Shown here: piece by piece, positions 12,930-26,015 of the stretch | Numbering within the stretch: position 1 is the stretch's first letter | Layout: each line of letters begins with the position of its first letter | Assembly (NCBI GenBank): GCA_013265495.1 | Contig: MU058213.1 | Location: 248,001-312,000 of the forward strand | Direction: 5' to 3' | Length of the DNA stretch: 64,000 bases | DNA from: Vicugna vicugna | Lineage: Eukaryota | Notes under the pieces: model-generated | What the model saw: the letters and a program-made list of their open reading frames with translations, nothing else | Database searches by the model: none | What the model was told of the DNA's origin: nothing | Translations under genes and position numbers: made by a program

Positions 12930-13600
12930 ACATCTGGCTGAGGGCCTGGCCCAACATCTGTGTGTATGGTTTGCAGATCTGCAATGCCATTTAAAAGTAC
13001 AATCTTGCCAGATCAAACGTAAAGGCAATGGCTGAGAAGAAGTGGGACTCTGTGTTTTGGGGTGAGGATGTAATCCTAACTATGGATCTCAAAACCCTCA
13101 AACCTTCCTGCTGAAAGAGGCCGTCTTCCTTCTGCCTCCTTTCAAGCAGCCTTCTCTTGCATAAAAACCTTTCAGTAACTTGCCCTGAAACAGCGACCTC
13201 ACAAGGAGATGCCGGTTCTCCTCAGCACCACCTCCACTACTTCTTACTGCCTGTAGGTCACTAACAGGAGTAAGATCCCAGCTTAGCCTAGGCTGTACGT
13301 ACAAAGCTGGCTATGGGAAAGCAGCATATACACCATAGTTGTAGGATCTTCCTAACTCACACAGCACATTTCTAGGGGGCATGCATGGGAATAGATTCTA
13401 GGGTATAAGACAGGAGGACAAAATATATGCTTGGGTAGGGGTCAATTTATTGGTATGGGTACATTCACCCAAGAATCCAGATTTAAAATGTTAGCTCAGA
13501 AGTGATGCCAACAGTCTGCTGCATTTGTCCAGTGATATCTGGACTCAACTGTGGTCTACAGTTGATGAGGTTAAAAGACTGGAATTTCTCTAACACACCA
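12930..13600 (+). mobile_element. ERV-L/MaLR internal (gag-like) remnant
   Basis: Degenerate translation GHAWE*ILGYKTGGQNICLGRGQFIGMGTFTQESRFKMLAQ / NSLLHLSSDIWTQLWSTVDEV resembles the ERV-L gag motif WEWILRV..GGRNIKL...FIDMG..SRDS.FN...WPTV.E (from memory). Confidence 0.7.
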
Positions 13601-13602
13601 TG

Positions 13603-13920
13603 AATCTTTGCTACTTAACGTGTGGTCACTGGACCAGCAGCCAATAGCTTTTTAGAAATGCAGACTTTCAGACCCCAAAGCTACCACATCTGCATTTTAA
13701 CAAGATCTCCAGATGGTCCATATGCACGCTGAAGTTTAAGAAGTATGGCTGTAGGTCAGCGGCTCTCAGCCTCGGGTGCACACTGAGCTACCTGGGAGCG
13801 CTGACCGTTACTGAGACCTAGGCCCCACTTGCAGACACTGGTCTGAGGTACAATCTGATCATCAGGCAGTTTACAAGTTCCTCAGGAGCTTCCACTACAC
13901 AGCAAGGTTGAGATCCCGTC
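13603..13920. mobile_element. Two adjacent MER5-type (hAT-Charlie) elements
   Basis: tgtggtcactggaccagcagc...tagaaatgcaga...ctgcattttaacaagatctccag...aagtttaagaag, immediately followed by cagcggctctcagcc...ggttgaga. Confidence 0.65.
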
Positions 13921-14249
13921 ACAGAAATACCTATTTCAGTTAAGGATTTGCCTCCCCTGCCCCGACCCTTCTGCCAGCACTATAACTAACAAACGTACCG
14001 AACGCTTTCTTCAACCCTACAGGATCCCACTCAACTTCACCTCCAATTTTAAGGGAGTAAACTCAATAACTGACATAAATAAAAATTAATGCAAAAAAAA
14101 TGAACAAAGTAACAGAATTTTAAATACAGGCTCCAACAGTGTCTTGATGAGCCATATTGGAGTCTGAGGCAAAAGTAAAACTATGCAGACATGTTTTTAT
14201 GCACTTTTTAATGGTTAATTTTCTTTCAGAACATTAAAGTGGCTGAATA

Positions 14250-16605
14250 GAAACTTCACTCTTAAAAGGAACACATAAAATCTCACATGCACCAGGACCA
14301 AGGGCAAAAGCAGTCATTTGACAAGAGGATGGACCAGACCTACCTGTTAGTCTTAGAGGGCCTCCTGGGGAGGCAGGGGGCAGCTATGGCTCACCCTGTG
14401 ACACAGACACTGGGGGCGGACATATCACTGAGCATTCATCTGTGTAAGATCTCTGGGAGGCTGACCCAACAGCCTATAGGCACAGTGCTGGGACGTCTCA
14501 GGCCAAATAACAAACTGGGCAGGGACACAGCAACACTCATCAGCAGACAGGCTGCCTAAAAATTTCCTGAACCCAGAGCTGCCTCTAGACATGCCCCTAG
14601 ACACAGCCCTGGCCACCAGAAGGCTGAGACCCAGCTCGACCCACCAATGGACAAGCACTGGCCCCTCCAGCCAGGAAGCCTGCACAAGCCTCTAGACCAG
14701 CCTCAACCACCAGAGGACAGACACCAGAAGCAGGAAAACTACAGTCCTGCAGACTGAGTCCACAAAAACAGGCCAGGCAAACACTACCCTGGGACCAGCT
14801 GGAGAGGGAAGTGCACTGCTGGGATGCAGAGGGCATCTCAAACAGAGGTTGAGAAATGTACCTACCACATAGGTACAAAATGAAGCAACAGAGGAATACA
14901 CTTCAGGCAAAAGAACAAGATAAAACCCCAGAAGAAGAACTAAGCCCCATGCAGACAGACAATCTACCCAAGAAAGAGTTCACAGTAATGAGCATAAAGA
15001 TGATCAAAGAACTCAGGAGAAGAATGGATGCCCAGGGTGAGAAGTTAAAAGTTTTAACAAAGAATTAGAAAATATGAAGAACAACGAAGCAGAATCAAAG
15101 AATACAATAACTGAAATGAAAAATGCACTAGGAGGAATCAATAGCAGACAAAATGAGGCACAAGCACAGATGAGTGAGCTGGAAGACACAGTAGGAGAAA
15201 TCACTGCCGCTGAACAAAAAAAGAAAAAAAAAAGAATGAAAAGAAATGAGGATGGTTTAAGACGTCTCCGAGACAACATCAAGTGCACTGACATGTGAAT
15301 TATAGGGGTCCCAGGAGAGGGGAGGGAGAAAGGGCCCAAGAAAATATTTGAAGAAGTCGTAGCTGAAAACGTCCCTAGTGTGGGAAAGAAAACATGCACC
15401 CAACTCCAGGAAGTGCGAAGAGTTCCGTACAGGGTGAACTCAAAAAGGAACACATCAAGACACACTGTAATGAAAATGACAAAAATAAAGATAAACCAAG
15501 ATTATTAAAAGCAACAAAGAGCAAAAAATTACACACAAGGGAACTCTCATAAGGCTATCAGCTGATTTTTCAACAAAAACTCTGCAGGCTAGAAGGGAGT
15601 GGCATGATATACTTGAAGTGATACAAGAGAAAAACTTACAACCAAGAATACTCTACCCAGCAAAGCTCTCACTCAGATTAGATGGAGAAATCAAAAGCTT
15701 CACAGATGAGCAAAAGCTAAAAGAATTCAGCACCACCCAAATAGCTTTACAACAAATTTGCTAAAGGAACTTCTCTAGGTGGAAAAGAAAAGGCCACAAC
15801 TAGAAACAAGAAAATTATGAAATGGAAAAGCTCACTGGTAAAGGCAAACACACAGTAAAGGTACAAAATCATCGACACACAAAGCTAGTAGAGAGGTTAA
15901 AACCAAAAGGAATAAAATCATCTGTATCCACAATGAGCAGTTAAGGATATACAAAATAATTAAATGTAAGATACAGAATCAAAACCAGTAATTGTGAAGG
16001 GAGAAGAGTATAAATGCAGGGTATTTAAAAATGCATTTGAAATTAATAGATTAGCAACTTAAAGCAATCATGTATATATAGAGCAAGAGACAGACTGCTA
16101 TACCAAAACCTCACAGTAACTGCAACCAAAAATATATAAAGATATACACACAAAAGAGAAAAAGGAATCCAAACATGGCACTGAAGATAAGTTACCAAAT
16201 CACATGAGAACAAAAGAAAAGGTTAAAAAAAAAAGACCTACAAAACAGATCTAAAACAATTAACAAAAGGCAATAAGAACATACATTTCAATAATTTAAT
16301 GCTCTAACCAAAAGATAGTCTGGCTGAATGGATACAAAAACAGGACCCGTATATATGCTGCCTACAAGAGACTTACTTCAGATATACAGACACACTGAAA
16401 GTGAGAGTTGGGGGATAGAAAAAGGTATTCCATGCAAATGGAAATCAAAAGAAAACTGGAGTAGCAATACTTCTTTCAGACAAAACAGACTTTAAAACAA
16501 AGACTGTTACAAGAGACAAAGAAGGACACTACATAATGATCAAGGGAACAATTCAAGAAGATATAAAAATTATAAACATATATGCACCCAACACAGAAGC
16601 ACCAC
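14250..16605 (+). mobile_element. L1 internal fragment: part of 5' UTR, disrupted ORF1, start of ORF2 (endonuclease). No 3' end.
   Basis: ORFs 14856..15068 and 15074..15298 (KNTITEMKNALGGINSR...ELED...RMKRNEDGLRRLRDNIK) are L1 ORF1 coiled-coil. WIQKQDPYICCLQET...GVAILLSDKTDFK...INIYAPN is the ORF2 endonuclease. Confidence 0.92.
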
Positions 16606-16719
16606 AACAACTGAGGCACATCAATGAGTATTACTTTTTAACTTGAAAAAAAATGAAAATGGAAAGTTTAAGAAAAAAAAAATTTGGTAAGGGGGTAACA
16701 AAAGACCAAGATAAATTTT

Positions 16720-17975
16720 TAAATTCCAAGAATGTGTTTAATAGCTCTAAATGAATTTATATTTTCTGGAAAAAGAATCCCCAGGTTATTGAAAAATTTG
16801 CCAGTGAGATCAATGAACCACACAGGACGCTCTGAGCAATCATGGGGATTGCCACAGCCAAAAGACTACAAGCAGGCAAATGTTCCAATTTTCAAAAAAG
16901 GAAAACAATATATTTCTGTAAGCCAAAATAAAGAGCCTGATGTCTGTTTAGTACAACATTTTAGTCATCAAGAGACATCAGGGTACATACATTCAACCTA
17001 TTATACATTAAAACAATCACCTCATACAAATTTGGTTTCCTTTTTTGACTGCAGACAATTTGGCAGACAGGGTGTTTTTTATTTCAGCAAAGTACACGAC
17101 AAGCTGCTTCATGCATATCCTTGGGATAAGCTGGAGAAATATTCCAGGCAATAAAAATGGAGAAGGATTTCAAATGTATACTGCTACGCTCTTTTTTCAG
17201 TCCAGTCAAACATTTTTATAATTGACTTAGATGAAGACGTAGAAACAACATTCATCAAATAGGCTGATGAGATAAGTCATAAAGCAATAACACAAATAAC
17301 AGAATCTGGACTCAATAAGATACTGAAAGGATGTACTGGTGAGTGGAGCCTAGCAAGGTGAAATGTAACAGAGAAATAAGTCTACATTTGGGTCCCAAAC
17401 TCAAATCCACAAATACACGATGGCTTACTGGGAAAAAAAAAGTGATATTGAACTGAAAGTCAGCCCAATATGAATCAATTATATAGAAGAACGTGATGTG
17501 ACTACCAAAGCACAATACTATCTACTGAGAGAGGCCATAGCACCGCTACATTCTAGTGATCCTACAATGCCCAGTGTGTAAGCAAACTTAAAACTGCTTG
17601 GAAGGGTATCCAGGGTCAAATATAAAACAGATAAATGTATGCACAGAGAAGCAGCAGGTTTGGCCTGAGCAAAAAAGTTTGGGGGTTACAAGATAGGTAT
17701 CTTCAGATACCTGAGATGATCTCACGTGTAAGAAATACTAGACTTAGTCTACATACAACTAGGGCTAGCAAGCAGAAATTTAAGGATTACAAATTTAATG
17801 TCAATGTAATTAAGTAAGGGTAATTCAAAGACAGAATGGGCCGCATCTAGAGTTGAGTTTCCCTCCTTGGAGGCCAGATGACAAACTGGCAGGAACACAG
17901 CAGAGAGAAACAAAGCGTCAGACAGCTCGTTAGACTCGGTGGCCTTCAAAGTATCTTCCAACTCTATAGCTGTAA
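16720..17975 (+). mobile_element. Ancient CR1/L3 LINE fragment (RT region to 3' end)
   Basis: ORF 16732..17154 retains CR1-RT motifs (ANVPIFKKGK, TNLVSFFD, YFSKVHDK...DKLEKY). 3' end ccttcaaagtatcttccaactcta resembles the L3 terminus. Confidence 0.75.
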
Positions 17976-18968
17976 GACGCTACTTTTCTAGACTTTCACT
18001 GTGCCACATCTGTGGCTCTGCTCCAATTAGGTTTATCACTGTTTCTGGAACAAACTTTATTTATACATGTACTTTCCTGTATCCATACTTTCGGGCCATT
18101 CTCTCATTCCTCAAAGACTAAGAATGTGTCTTTCTAAATCTTACCCATCCATCAAAAATGAACTCAAATACTGTCCTTAATAAAGATGTCTATGCCTACT
18201 CTAATCTCATCTCTCTCTCCTCTGAATTATGAAATAATATTTGGCAATTAATTACACACCACCTTAAGACACCTCTTCTGTGACAAAGTGTTATTTAAAC
18301 TTTTATTAATAATTTCTTTCCTCAACTAACTTAAAATCTCCTTAGCAGCAAACATTGTATTCCCTACACATCTAGGGGCATGTGACATTCAAAAAGAGTC
18401 TCTGATTTTCAATATTGAAAGCATTTTTATTAGAACAGTTATTTTATGAAAAGGCATGTTTTTACAGATAATGGAAAATTCACTATTCAAATCTGAGTAC
18501 CAAATGATATACACGACTTCCAGTTCAAATATAGAACTACCAGAATGAGAATGATGCCAGCCACTGACAACATATTCTAACCATAGGATTTTTTAAAATA
18601 GTGAATCAAGTTCAGAAAACTTCAAATTCTACAACCTAAACACAAAGTTTGGTAAAGCTGCCGTAAAACCTTTCTTGAACAAAGAAAAAGAACCAAACTA
18701 GAGAATAAAAAAAGCCAAGAAAAAAATCATATTTCAGAAAAAAAATCTTAATTCTTTTTTAAATGTAAAATGTGTGCATGTGTGATGTACAGACTGTAAT
18801 TTTGATCCATGTGCCTTGAAACATAAATTAAGAACAAACTTGTCATACAGAGCCCAGGACAGATGCTCATTCCCTAAACACCAACTAACAAATTAAAGTC
18901 CTAAACAAAGTCAAAAGAGAATTCCTTATTAGCTTAAGGTATATTAATAAAGATTAGCAAATACTTAC

Positions 18969-19090
18969 TGAAGATTCTGGATCTGACAGTTCATCCAATA
19001 ATTTCCTTGCATCTACCACAGCTTGGTAGAGTCTCAGATTTTTGCCATCAGAAGCAACAAAGCAAGCGCTTGCAGAATTGCAGTATGTGC
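18969..19090 (-). CDS. DMXL2: DMXL2 exon 13 (122 nt): (G)TYCNSASACFVASDGKNLRLYQAVVDARKLLDELSDPESS
   Basis: Acceptor tttgcttcctcag, donor TCA|GTAAGT, phase 1/0. Confidence 0.95.
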
Positions 19091-19439
19091 CTGAGGAAGC
19101 AAACCCTTTGTATTATGATATATAGTTCATTATTAGCACTGCCTGAAGTATGAGAAAAAACAGTCACACTTCTCCTTTTAGGCATAACCATGGTTCAGAA
19201 TCATAACTAAACAGATACAATAGATACAAAATTATTAAGAAAAAATTCAATAGAAAATAGGTTATGAGAAGGAAGATTAAAAAAAAAATTTCTAGAAACT
19301 CTAGACATCAATCAGTCTGGTGCCTATGTTCTGAATACTTATTAAGAATCCTCCTAATAATGACAAACAGACAGCATTTTGTATATATGTAACAGTTTTG
19401 AAGCTTCTATTAAATTTCACTATTAAAACGAGTACTTAC

Positions 19440-20136
19440 CTAGACAGTAACTGGGAATAAGAGTTGGAAGCCAAGCAACATTAGAGAAGGCTGAAGTATG
19501 TAAAGAGTTAATTCGTGCCAACTCTGATACTCCTCCAGTGTATGACAAAGGTCCTATCGGGTCCACGCGCCACAGGATGAGCTCACTGTAGATGGCATTC
19601 GGGTCATGAAATGTGCGTGTGGCTGCATTTCTAAGAGGCTGTTTCGAGGAAACTTTAATGTGTCTTCCAGGATCCATTAACCTATTTAATTTACTGTCTG
19701 GTTCCCACTGACAATCTGATTCAGGAGTCAACAGAGCATTATGATGCGATGATGTCAATAACAGTGGTAAAACTGAGTGACATGCCAAGTCATTAAGGTG
19801 AAATCGATGACCACAGTATCTAAATTTGTGAGAAACAGTTAGAACAGTGGTAAAGGCAGACTTATCAGCAAAAGTGACTGCCCACTGATTTAAAGAGCCA
19901 TCTATGTGTTTCGAGACCATCATCACTGTGGGAGCTAAAATGTTCATATGTGTGCTGTGTGATCTAGAGTGTGGCTGTGATCCCTGAGGACTGCATACAG
20001 GCATCGTATCTTGGTGTAACAGGGTGTGGTGAGATTCTTTCGTAGCATTTATACAGGCATACATCATGATATTTTTACTAAGAGAGCTTGCGTCACCAGA
20101 TGGAAATGCAACAGGAATCCGAGAAGAAAAAGAAAC
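19440..20136 (-). CDS. DMXL2: DMXL2 exon 12 (697 nt): VSFSSRIPVAFPSGDASSLSKNIMMYACINATKE...AWLPTLIPSYCL(G)
   Basis: Acceptor gtgtttttcag, donor TAG|GTAAGT. Contains ORF 19423..20067. Confidence 0.96.
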
Positions 20137-20769
20137 CTGAAAAACACAGTTATATGATTCAGTGTAAGTAGTCTGCCTCCTCTCAAAAGTCTTCCAAAAA
20201 TACTTCTATTTTCAAAATGTCAAACTTCAGCGCTCAAGCCAAAAATATCTTTTTCAACCTCATTATGGTCTAATCCCTTTCCTCTATTTATGTAATATCA
20301 TATCTCTATTCTTAGCCCAGGAGAAGATTGAAGAAATAATGTTTCAAGTGCCTTGCTGATAACATCTAAATGACTACAACCACAGATCTAAATAAATATT
20401 GTTCAGAAAGATAACACATAAAGATAGCTAGATTCAATTAACAAAACTGGGGAGAAGGGGACTCATTCTCAAGTCACATTTTAGGGTAGTTTCTTAAATT
20501 TATTCAAAATATTATGAATTTCCAGGAAAAAAGCTAATACACATATATTCAAATATTCAGTATCACATTTCAAAGTCAAATTCATTTTACTTTGAATTAA
20601 TCAAGTTTATAAAATTTGTGATCATTGCTCCTCATTGGTAGTTAAGTTGTTCTCTTCACAGTTGCTTATCAAAAACAAAATCATTGAGTATTTCTGAAAA
20701 CCTACTAAATCTGAATAGCATCTCTCTTTTTTTTTAAGAAATGTTAAAAACTGCTTCAGTAAAATATAC

Positions 20770-21041
20770 CTGGACTTGTCTAAATATTCCAGGATTATAT
20801 TCATCCAAGTACTTTACATGCCACACTAGGAAGGTACCATCCACAGGGTGTATGGTGAAAAGCATGTCAGGGTTCTTATTCCATTCTGTTAGCAGCATTT
20901 CGATCTTCCGGTCAAGCAGGACTGTAGGCAGAGGCATTGGCACACTAGGACGTGAACAGGTTCTAGGACTTCCCTCTCTTTCTCCATCTTCGTGTTCTGA
21001 TGATCCTGTACCTGCCTCAGATTCTCTATCCAGGGATAATT
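20770..21041 (-). CDS. DMXL2: DMXL2 exon 11 (272 nt): (E)LSLDRESEAGTGSSEHEDGEREGSPRTCSRPSVPMPLPTVLLDRKIE...PGIFRQVQ
   Basis: Acceptor ttttctgatttag, donor CAG|GTATAT. Overlaps ORF 20734..20943. Confidence 0.95.
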
Positions 21042-21527
21042 CTAAATCAGAAAATAAATTTATCAGTACATACTAGTAGTACTATAAAATTATTTTACAT
21101 ACTAGACTATCCATAAATAGCATATAACTTTAGAGATCATAAATTCCTTTTCCTACTTATGGCCAGGAAAAAAAAAGGAAGGAAACTTCTTTCTGGTCTG
21201 AACTGAAAATTACTATATTTCTTCATTTTAGATGAATAAAAATTTCATTCACACTATCATTATTATTATCATTATTAGCAAAACTTGGCCACCCACCCCC
21301 TTCCAAAAAAAAAAAAAGGCTTCCAAAGTAATACATTACTCAAAGCAATATAACAAAGCAGAGAGAGTTAAATCACAGATGGTCCATAGCAGTGGTAAGT
21401 AAACACCTATGAAATCAATGGAAAAGTGAAAAGGAAGGAAAGCAGGAAGGGAAGATTACAAACCAAAAGTGGTATCACAAAAAGTTGCCAACCAGAAAAA
21501 AGAAAAATCTGAACACAGGACACTAAC

Positions 21528-21767
21528 CATGGTCCAGTTTCATATGTAAACCCCTCTCTCTTTCCTCCTGTGAATGTTCCTCATCTTCTCTATCTCCTTC
21601 ATCACTTTCATGATCTATCTGCTTTTCAGAAAGTTTCCTTAATTGCTGCATAAATATTTCAATAGATGATGTAAAATGAAATTCTTTGTTGTTTAACCAG
21701 TGAACTACAAAGCCCCCATTTCCATCATCAATGTTAAATACAGTGCCAACCAAGACATTTGGAATAT
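21528..21767 (-). CDS. DMXL2: DMXL2 exon 10 (240 nt): (D)IPNVLVGTVFNIDDGNGGFVVHWLNNKEF...GLHMKLDH
   Basis: Acceptor ttttatttcacag, donor ATG|GTTAGT. Inside ORF 21523..21804. Confidence 0.95.
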
Positions 21768-23020
21768 CTGTGAAATAAAAATAAAAAGAAGAATTCAATA
21801 TCAATTTTTAACGTCTTAAAATATTATAAGTGCTTATAAAGACTAATTCCATTACACAGGAAACATGCTAAACAATAAGTCAATGTGACTCTAGCAGAAT
21901 TTGTAAAAATTTTAACTGAATTTAATGGTAAATGTAAATATTAAAAACTAATGACACAGACCTATATGGAATTAAATTACTAATTTAAAAACCAAATACA
22001 CCAAATGCACAAACCTTTATTGAATCCTGGTTTGGGGATGAGGGAAGAGAAATATAAAACAGAAATGCAACTATAGAAGAAATTTTTTTGAGATAACTGA
22101 AATTTAAATATGAACTGAGTATTAGAGATTATGAGATTATTTCTAATTTTCTTAGGTATGATAATGATATTGTGATTACGTAAGAGAATTTCTTTATTCT
22201 TAGGAGATACTCATTAAGTATGTAAGGGTGATGTGCCATGATGTGTGTAACTTACTTTGAAAAGATTAAGGAAAAATTTCACTCATATACACATATACAT
22301 ATGTGTCTATACAGAGAGAATAAAGCAACTGGCAAAATGTTAGCAATTGTTGACTCAAAGTGAATGAAATGAGTGTTAACTGTACCATTCATCCAACTTT
22401 CATGAATGTTTTAAATTTTCCTAAAAAGTTGGGAGAAAATCATCTCAAGGAAGAACATAGGAAGGCACGCAAATTCATAGTGTTTTTTCTCCATTTGGGG
22501 TAACTGAAATGCATGCTATAGACCAGTTCATGTAAAACAGTATAATTGAAAAATTCACCTCCTTAATCCCAAATCAAATTATAAATAATACATTCAATAG
22601 AAAGGAAAAATGAGTCCTCTGCAAAAAGAAGTGAAAATCTAAAGATGAAATGCATAGGATATTCTAGGAGTGCTTTACTAATAAGTATCAATGTTAAATA
22701 AAGCTTCAAGTTGTTCTCTCTCCAGTTCCTGGATGACAGTCCTGGTTTTCTGATAGAAAAAACAAATCATATAAAATAGGATTTGTAAATTAACAATCTT
22801 GTAAGACACATCCCTTACATACCTATGAAATATTCTTGTTAAAAATGTTTAACCTAAATCTTATCATGGACAGATATTCAGACTGCAAGACATCCTACAA
22901 GATAAACACAAGATAACCTTTTCGAGACTGACCTTTTTTTAACAACTGAGGGACAAAGAGACTATTTTCGATTAATGCAGTTTAAAGAAATAACAAATGC
23001 ATTTTAATAAGAATCTATAT

Positions 23021-23629
23021 GAAAACAAATATATGTATGTATATGTAACCGAAACATGGTGCTGTACACCCCACTCAACATGTAACTGACTACACTTCAA
23101 TTTAAAAAAATTTTTATGATAAAATAACGCCATTTGCAGCAACATGGATGGCCCTGGAGAATGTCATTCTTAGTGAAGTAAGCTAGAAAGAGAAAGAAAA
23201 ACATCGTAGACATCACTCATATGTGGAATCTAAAAAAAAAAAAAAAAAAAAAAGAAAGACAAATGAACTTATATATAAAACAGAAACTGACTCACAGACA
23301 TAGAATACAGACTTGTGGCTGCTGGGGGGAGGAGGGTGGGAAGGGATAAACTGGGAGTTTGAGATTTGCAGATACTGACTGGTATGTATAAAATAGATAA
23401 GCAAGTTTATACTGTATAGCACAGGGAAATACATTCAATACCGTGTGGTAGCTTGTGGTGAAAAAGAATGAGAAAATGAATATATATATATTCATGTATG
23501 ACTGAAGAATTGAGCTGTACACCAGAAATTGACACAACATTGTAAACTGACTATATCTCAATTTTAAAAAAATGTTTAAATAAACTTAATGGAAGAATAA
23601 AAAATAAAATAAATTTTAAAAATAAAAAT
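23021..23629 (+). mobile_element. Two tandem L1 3' ends (short tip 23021-~23110, then ~23118-23629)
   Basis: Both end in tgctgtacacc...actgacta...tcaat + A-rich tail. The second starts at aataacgccatttgcagcaacatggatg (ORF2 C-terminus). Confidence 0.85.
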
Positions 23630-24545
23630 AATCTATATTTTAAAATGAACTATATTAGATGAAATTATTTTTTCTACATTCCCTGCATGCAATAACAGTA
23701 CCGAGGTTATAAAGGCAAATACTCTTTTTATCAGAAGACACATTTTGAGATATTTAGGAAATGTCACAGAATATTAAGGGGGTAAAGGAAAATGCTCGCA
23801 GCAACTTTACTTTCAAACGGCTCAGCCAAAAATAGGGGAGGAAGGAGTAAAGAAATATATACATAAGCAGAAGAGAGAGGAAAAAGAACAAACATGACAA
23901 GAGGTTAACAACTGGTGAATCTGGGTAAAGGGTATATGGTATTCGCTGTACTAAAGCTTTGGCTTTACTGCAGGATTCAAAAACTTTCCTGAAAAAAAAG
24001 GGAAGAGTCCTGCAAAATTATTTGCATTTGGCAATCAATCTGATCAACCTAAATGTCGTATTTACATATAATACCTACAAATCCATGATATTAAATATTT
24101 GTACAAGATAAATTTTTAAATAATATGAAGATGTTAAAAGTGGTTAAATGGTGAGGTTTTTAAACATGCTGGAAGACAAGGCCCAATGGCTATAGAATAT
24201 AACCAGTACTCAGACTCAAATGATCAGTCAGAATGCGTATCCACGGGGGACAGTCCTGTGATCCTATTCCATTTGATCAGGATAGAGTATACAGTTAAAA
24301 AGCCAAGGTTTCTAACATTTATTGAGTTTACTGCATACTACTACTAACTACATTTTGTTTGAAGTTAGGTCTTCATCACAGTCAATAACTCAAGATGAGG
24401 TTCTTTAAAAAGGTTAAAAGTTAATAAAAATCTAAAATCACCACCATTTTGAAAACAAGTAATGTTATAAAGACAATCTTGGAATATAATTAAGATGTTA
24501 GATCAGAAAACTAATACAATCAAAATAACATTTAATCAGCTAGAA

Positions 24546-24873
24546 CAGTGCTATTCAATAGAAATATAATGCAAACTACAAATGCAAGACAAATACATAA
24601 TTTTTATTCTACTAGCCACACTATAAGAGGGAAAAAGAAACAGGTAAACTTAATTATAACATATTTTATTTGACTCAATAAATGCAAAATATTATCATTT
24701 CCAGATGTAATCAATATTAAATAAAATTATTCATAAAGACCTTACATTGTTTTATTGTTTCAAAGTGTCAGCAATCCAGTGTGTATTTTACAGGATATCT
24801 CAATTTGGACTAACCACATTTCAAGTGCTCAAAGAGCTGTATGTGGCTAGTGGCTACCACAGTGGACAGTACA
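24546..24873. mobile_element. MER33-like hAT-Charlie element
   Basis: cagtgctattcaatagaaatataatgc...ccacatttcaagtgctcaa...atgtggctagtggctaccacagtggacag. Confidence 0.75.
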
Positions 24874-24982
24874 TATCTGACAGGGCCACTGCTCAATGGG
24901 GGAAAGCATCGAAAGGTCACTCTTTTGGAATTGTATTTACTGAATATCATCTTTCTATAAATAAACATGAAAAATAAAATTC

Positions 24983-25241
24983 GGAGAAGGGTGTGGGAAG
25001 GGATAAACTGGGAGTTCGAGATTTGCAGTACTGTCTGGTATGTGTAAAACAGATGAATAAGCTTATACTGCATAGCACAGGGAAGGATATTCAATATCTT
25101 GTAGTAGTAGCTCATGGCGAAAAATAAGAAAATGAATATATGTATATTCATGTAAGACTGAAAAATTGTGCTGTACACCAGGAACTGACACATTGTAAAC
25201 TGACTATATTTCAATTAAAAAAAATAAAAAACAAATAAAAT
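24983..25241 (+). mobile_element. 5'-truncated L1 3' UTR
   Basis: Same 3' UTR as the 23118 and 33009 copies, A-rich tail, approximate TSD aaaataaa(a)ttc. Confidence 0.85.
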
Positions 25242-26015
25242 AAAATAAATTCCTCTGCACCCTGAAGCAACAGACTTCCATTTCAAAAAAAACATGAGTA
25301 TAACTTCATATAAATATAGTTCTACCAGCAATGTAATATAAAACTTACAGGCCTTCTCAAGTGTTTTTCATGTAGAAAGAAAACAATGTTTTTTTTTTTA
25401 AACAATGACTTTAAATAAAAGCTTTCAAATATGCTTTTGCCAACACTGAACCTACCTCAAAATACCTCTCAACCACATGGGTAGAAAAGAGCAAAAAGAA
25501 AATATCAAAGTTAGTAAGAAAAAGTATCTTTTCCTAGGTGTGGGACAAGAAAGTCTATGGAAGCAGAGAATAAGATATGCTGAAATATGAGAGCAACCAT
25601 GCAAAAATACACTTAAAGTCATAAAGAAGAGCTGAGAAGAAAGAATAATGGTGAAAATATAAAAAGGAGGAAAATCACCCAAATTAACCAGGCTGCCACC
25701 ACTTGTGTTCGTTCTCAGTTTCATTCATTCTCAGTAAATTAGAGTTTCTCAGCTCTAATTTACTTAGAAATCTTGCTGTACTCTGGATAAACAATGCTGC
25801 TGAAAAAACTTATTTGAAGTTATTCCCTGAGAATCATATTCTCGATTTAAGAAAAGGTACCCTATATTATATTCCTATTGCAAATAAGGAGTATTTCAAA
25901 AGGAAACATGGCGTACTGACATAAAATTAAAAACAGGGTATAAAAGTTGTCCCACTTTTCTATTTACTTATCTTATTTCAGCACATTTACAAGAAATAAA
26001 ACTACTATCCTTTAC

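Noticed and set aside
14287..15465. Cluster of overlapping ORFs on both strands
   Set aside because: Explained by L1 5' UTR/ORF1 sequence and its antisense frames.
20741..21076. Plus-strand ORFs overlapping exons (also 22..204, 2354..2536, 45639..45923)
   Set aside because: Antisense shadows of DMXL2 coding exons with no independent gene signals.
23213..25214. Apparent family of similar hydrophobic small proteins (MRYSQFTMLCQFLVYS..., also 33484, 49609, 60022)
   Set aside because: All are antisense translations of the same L1 3' UTR.
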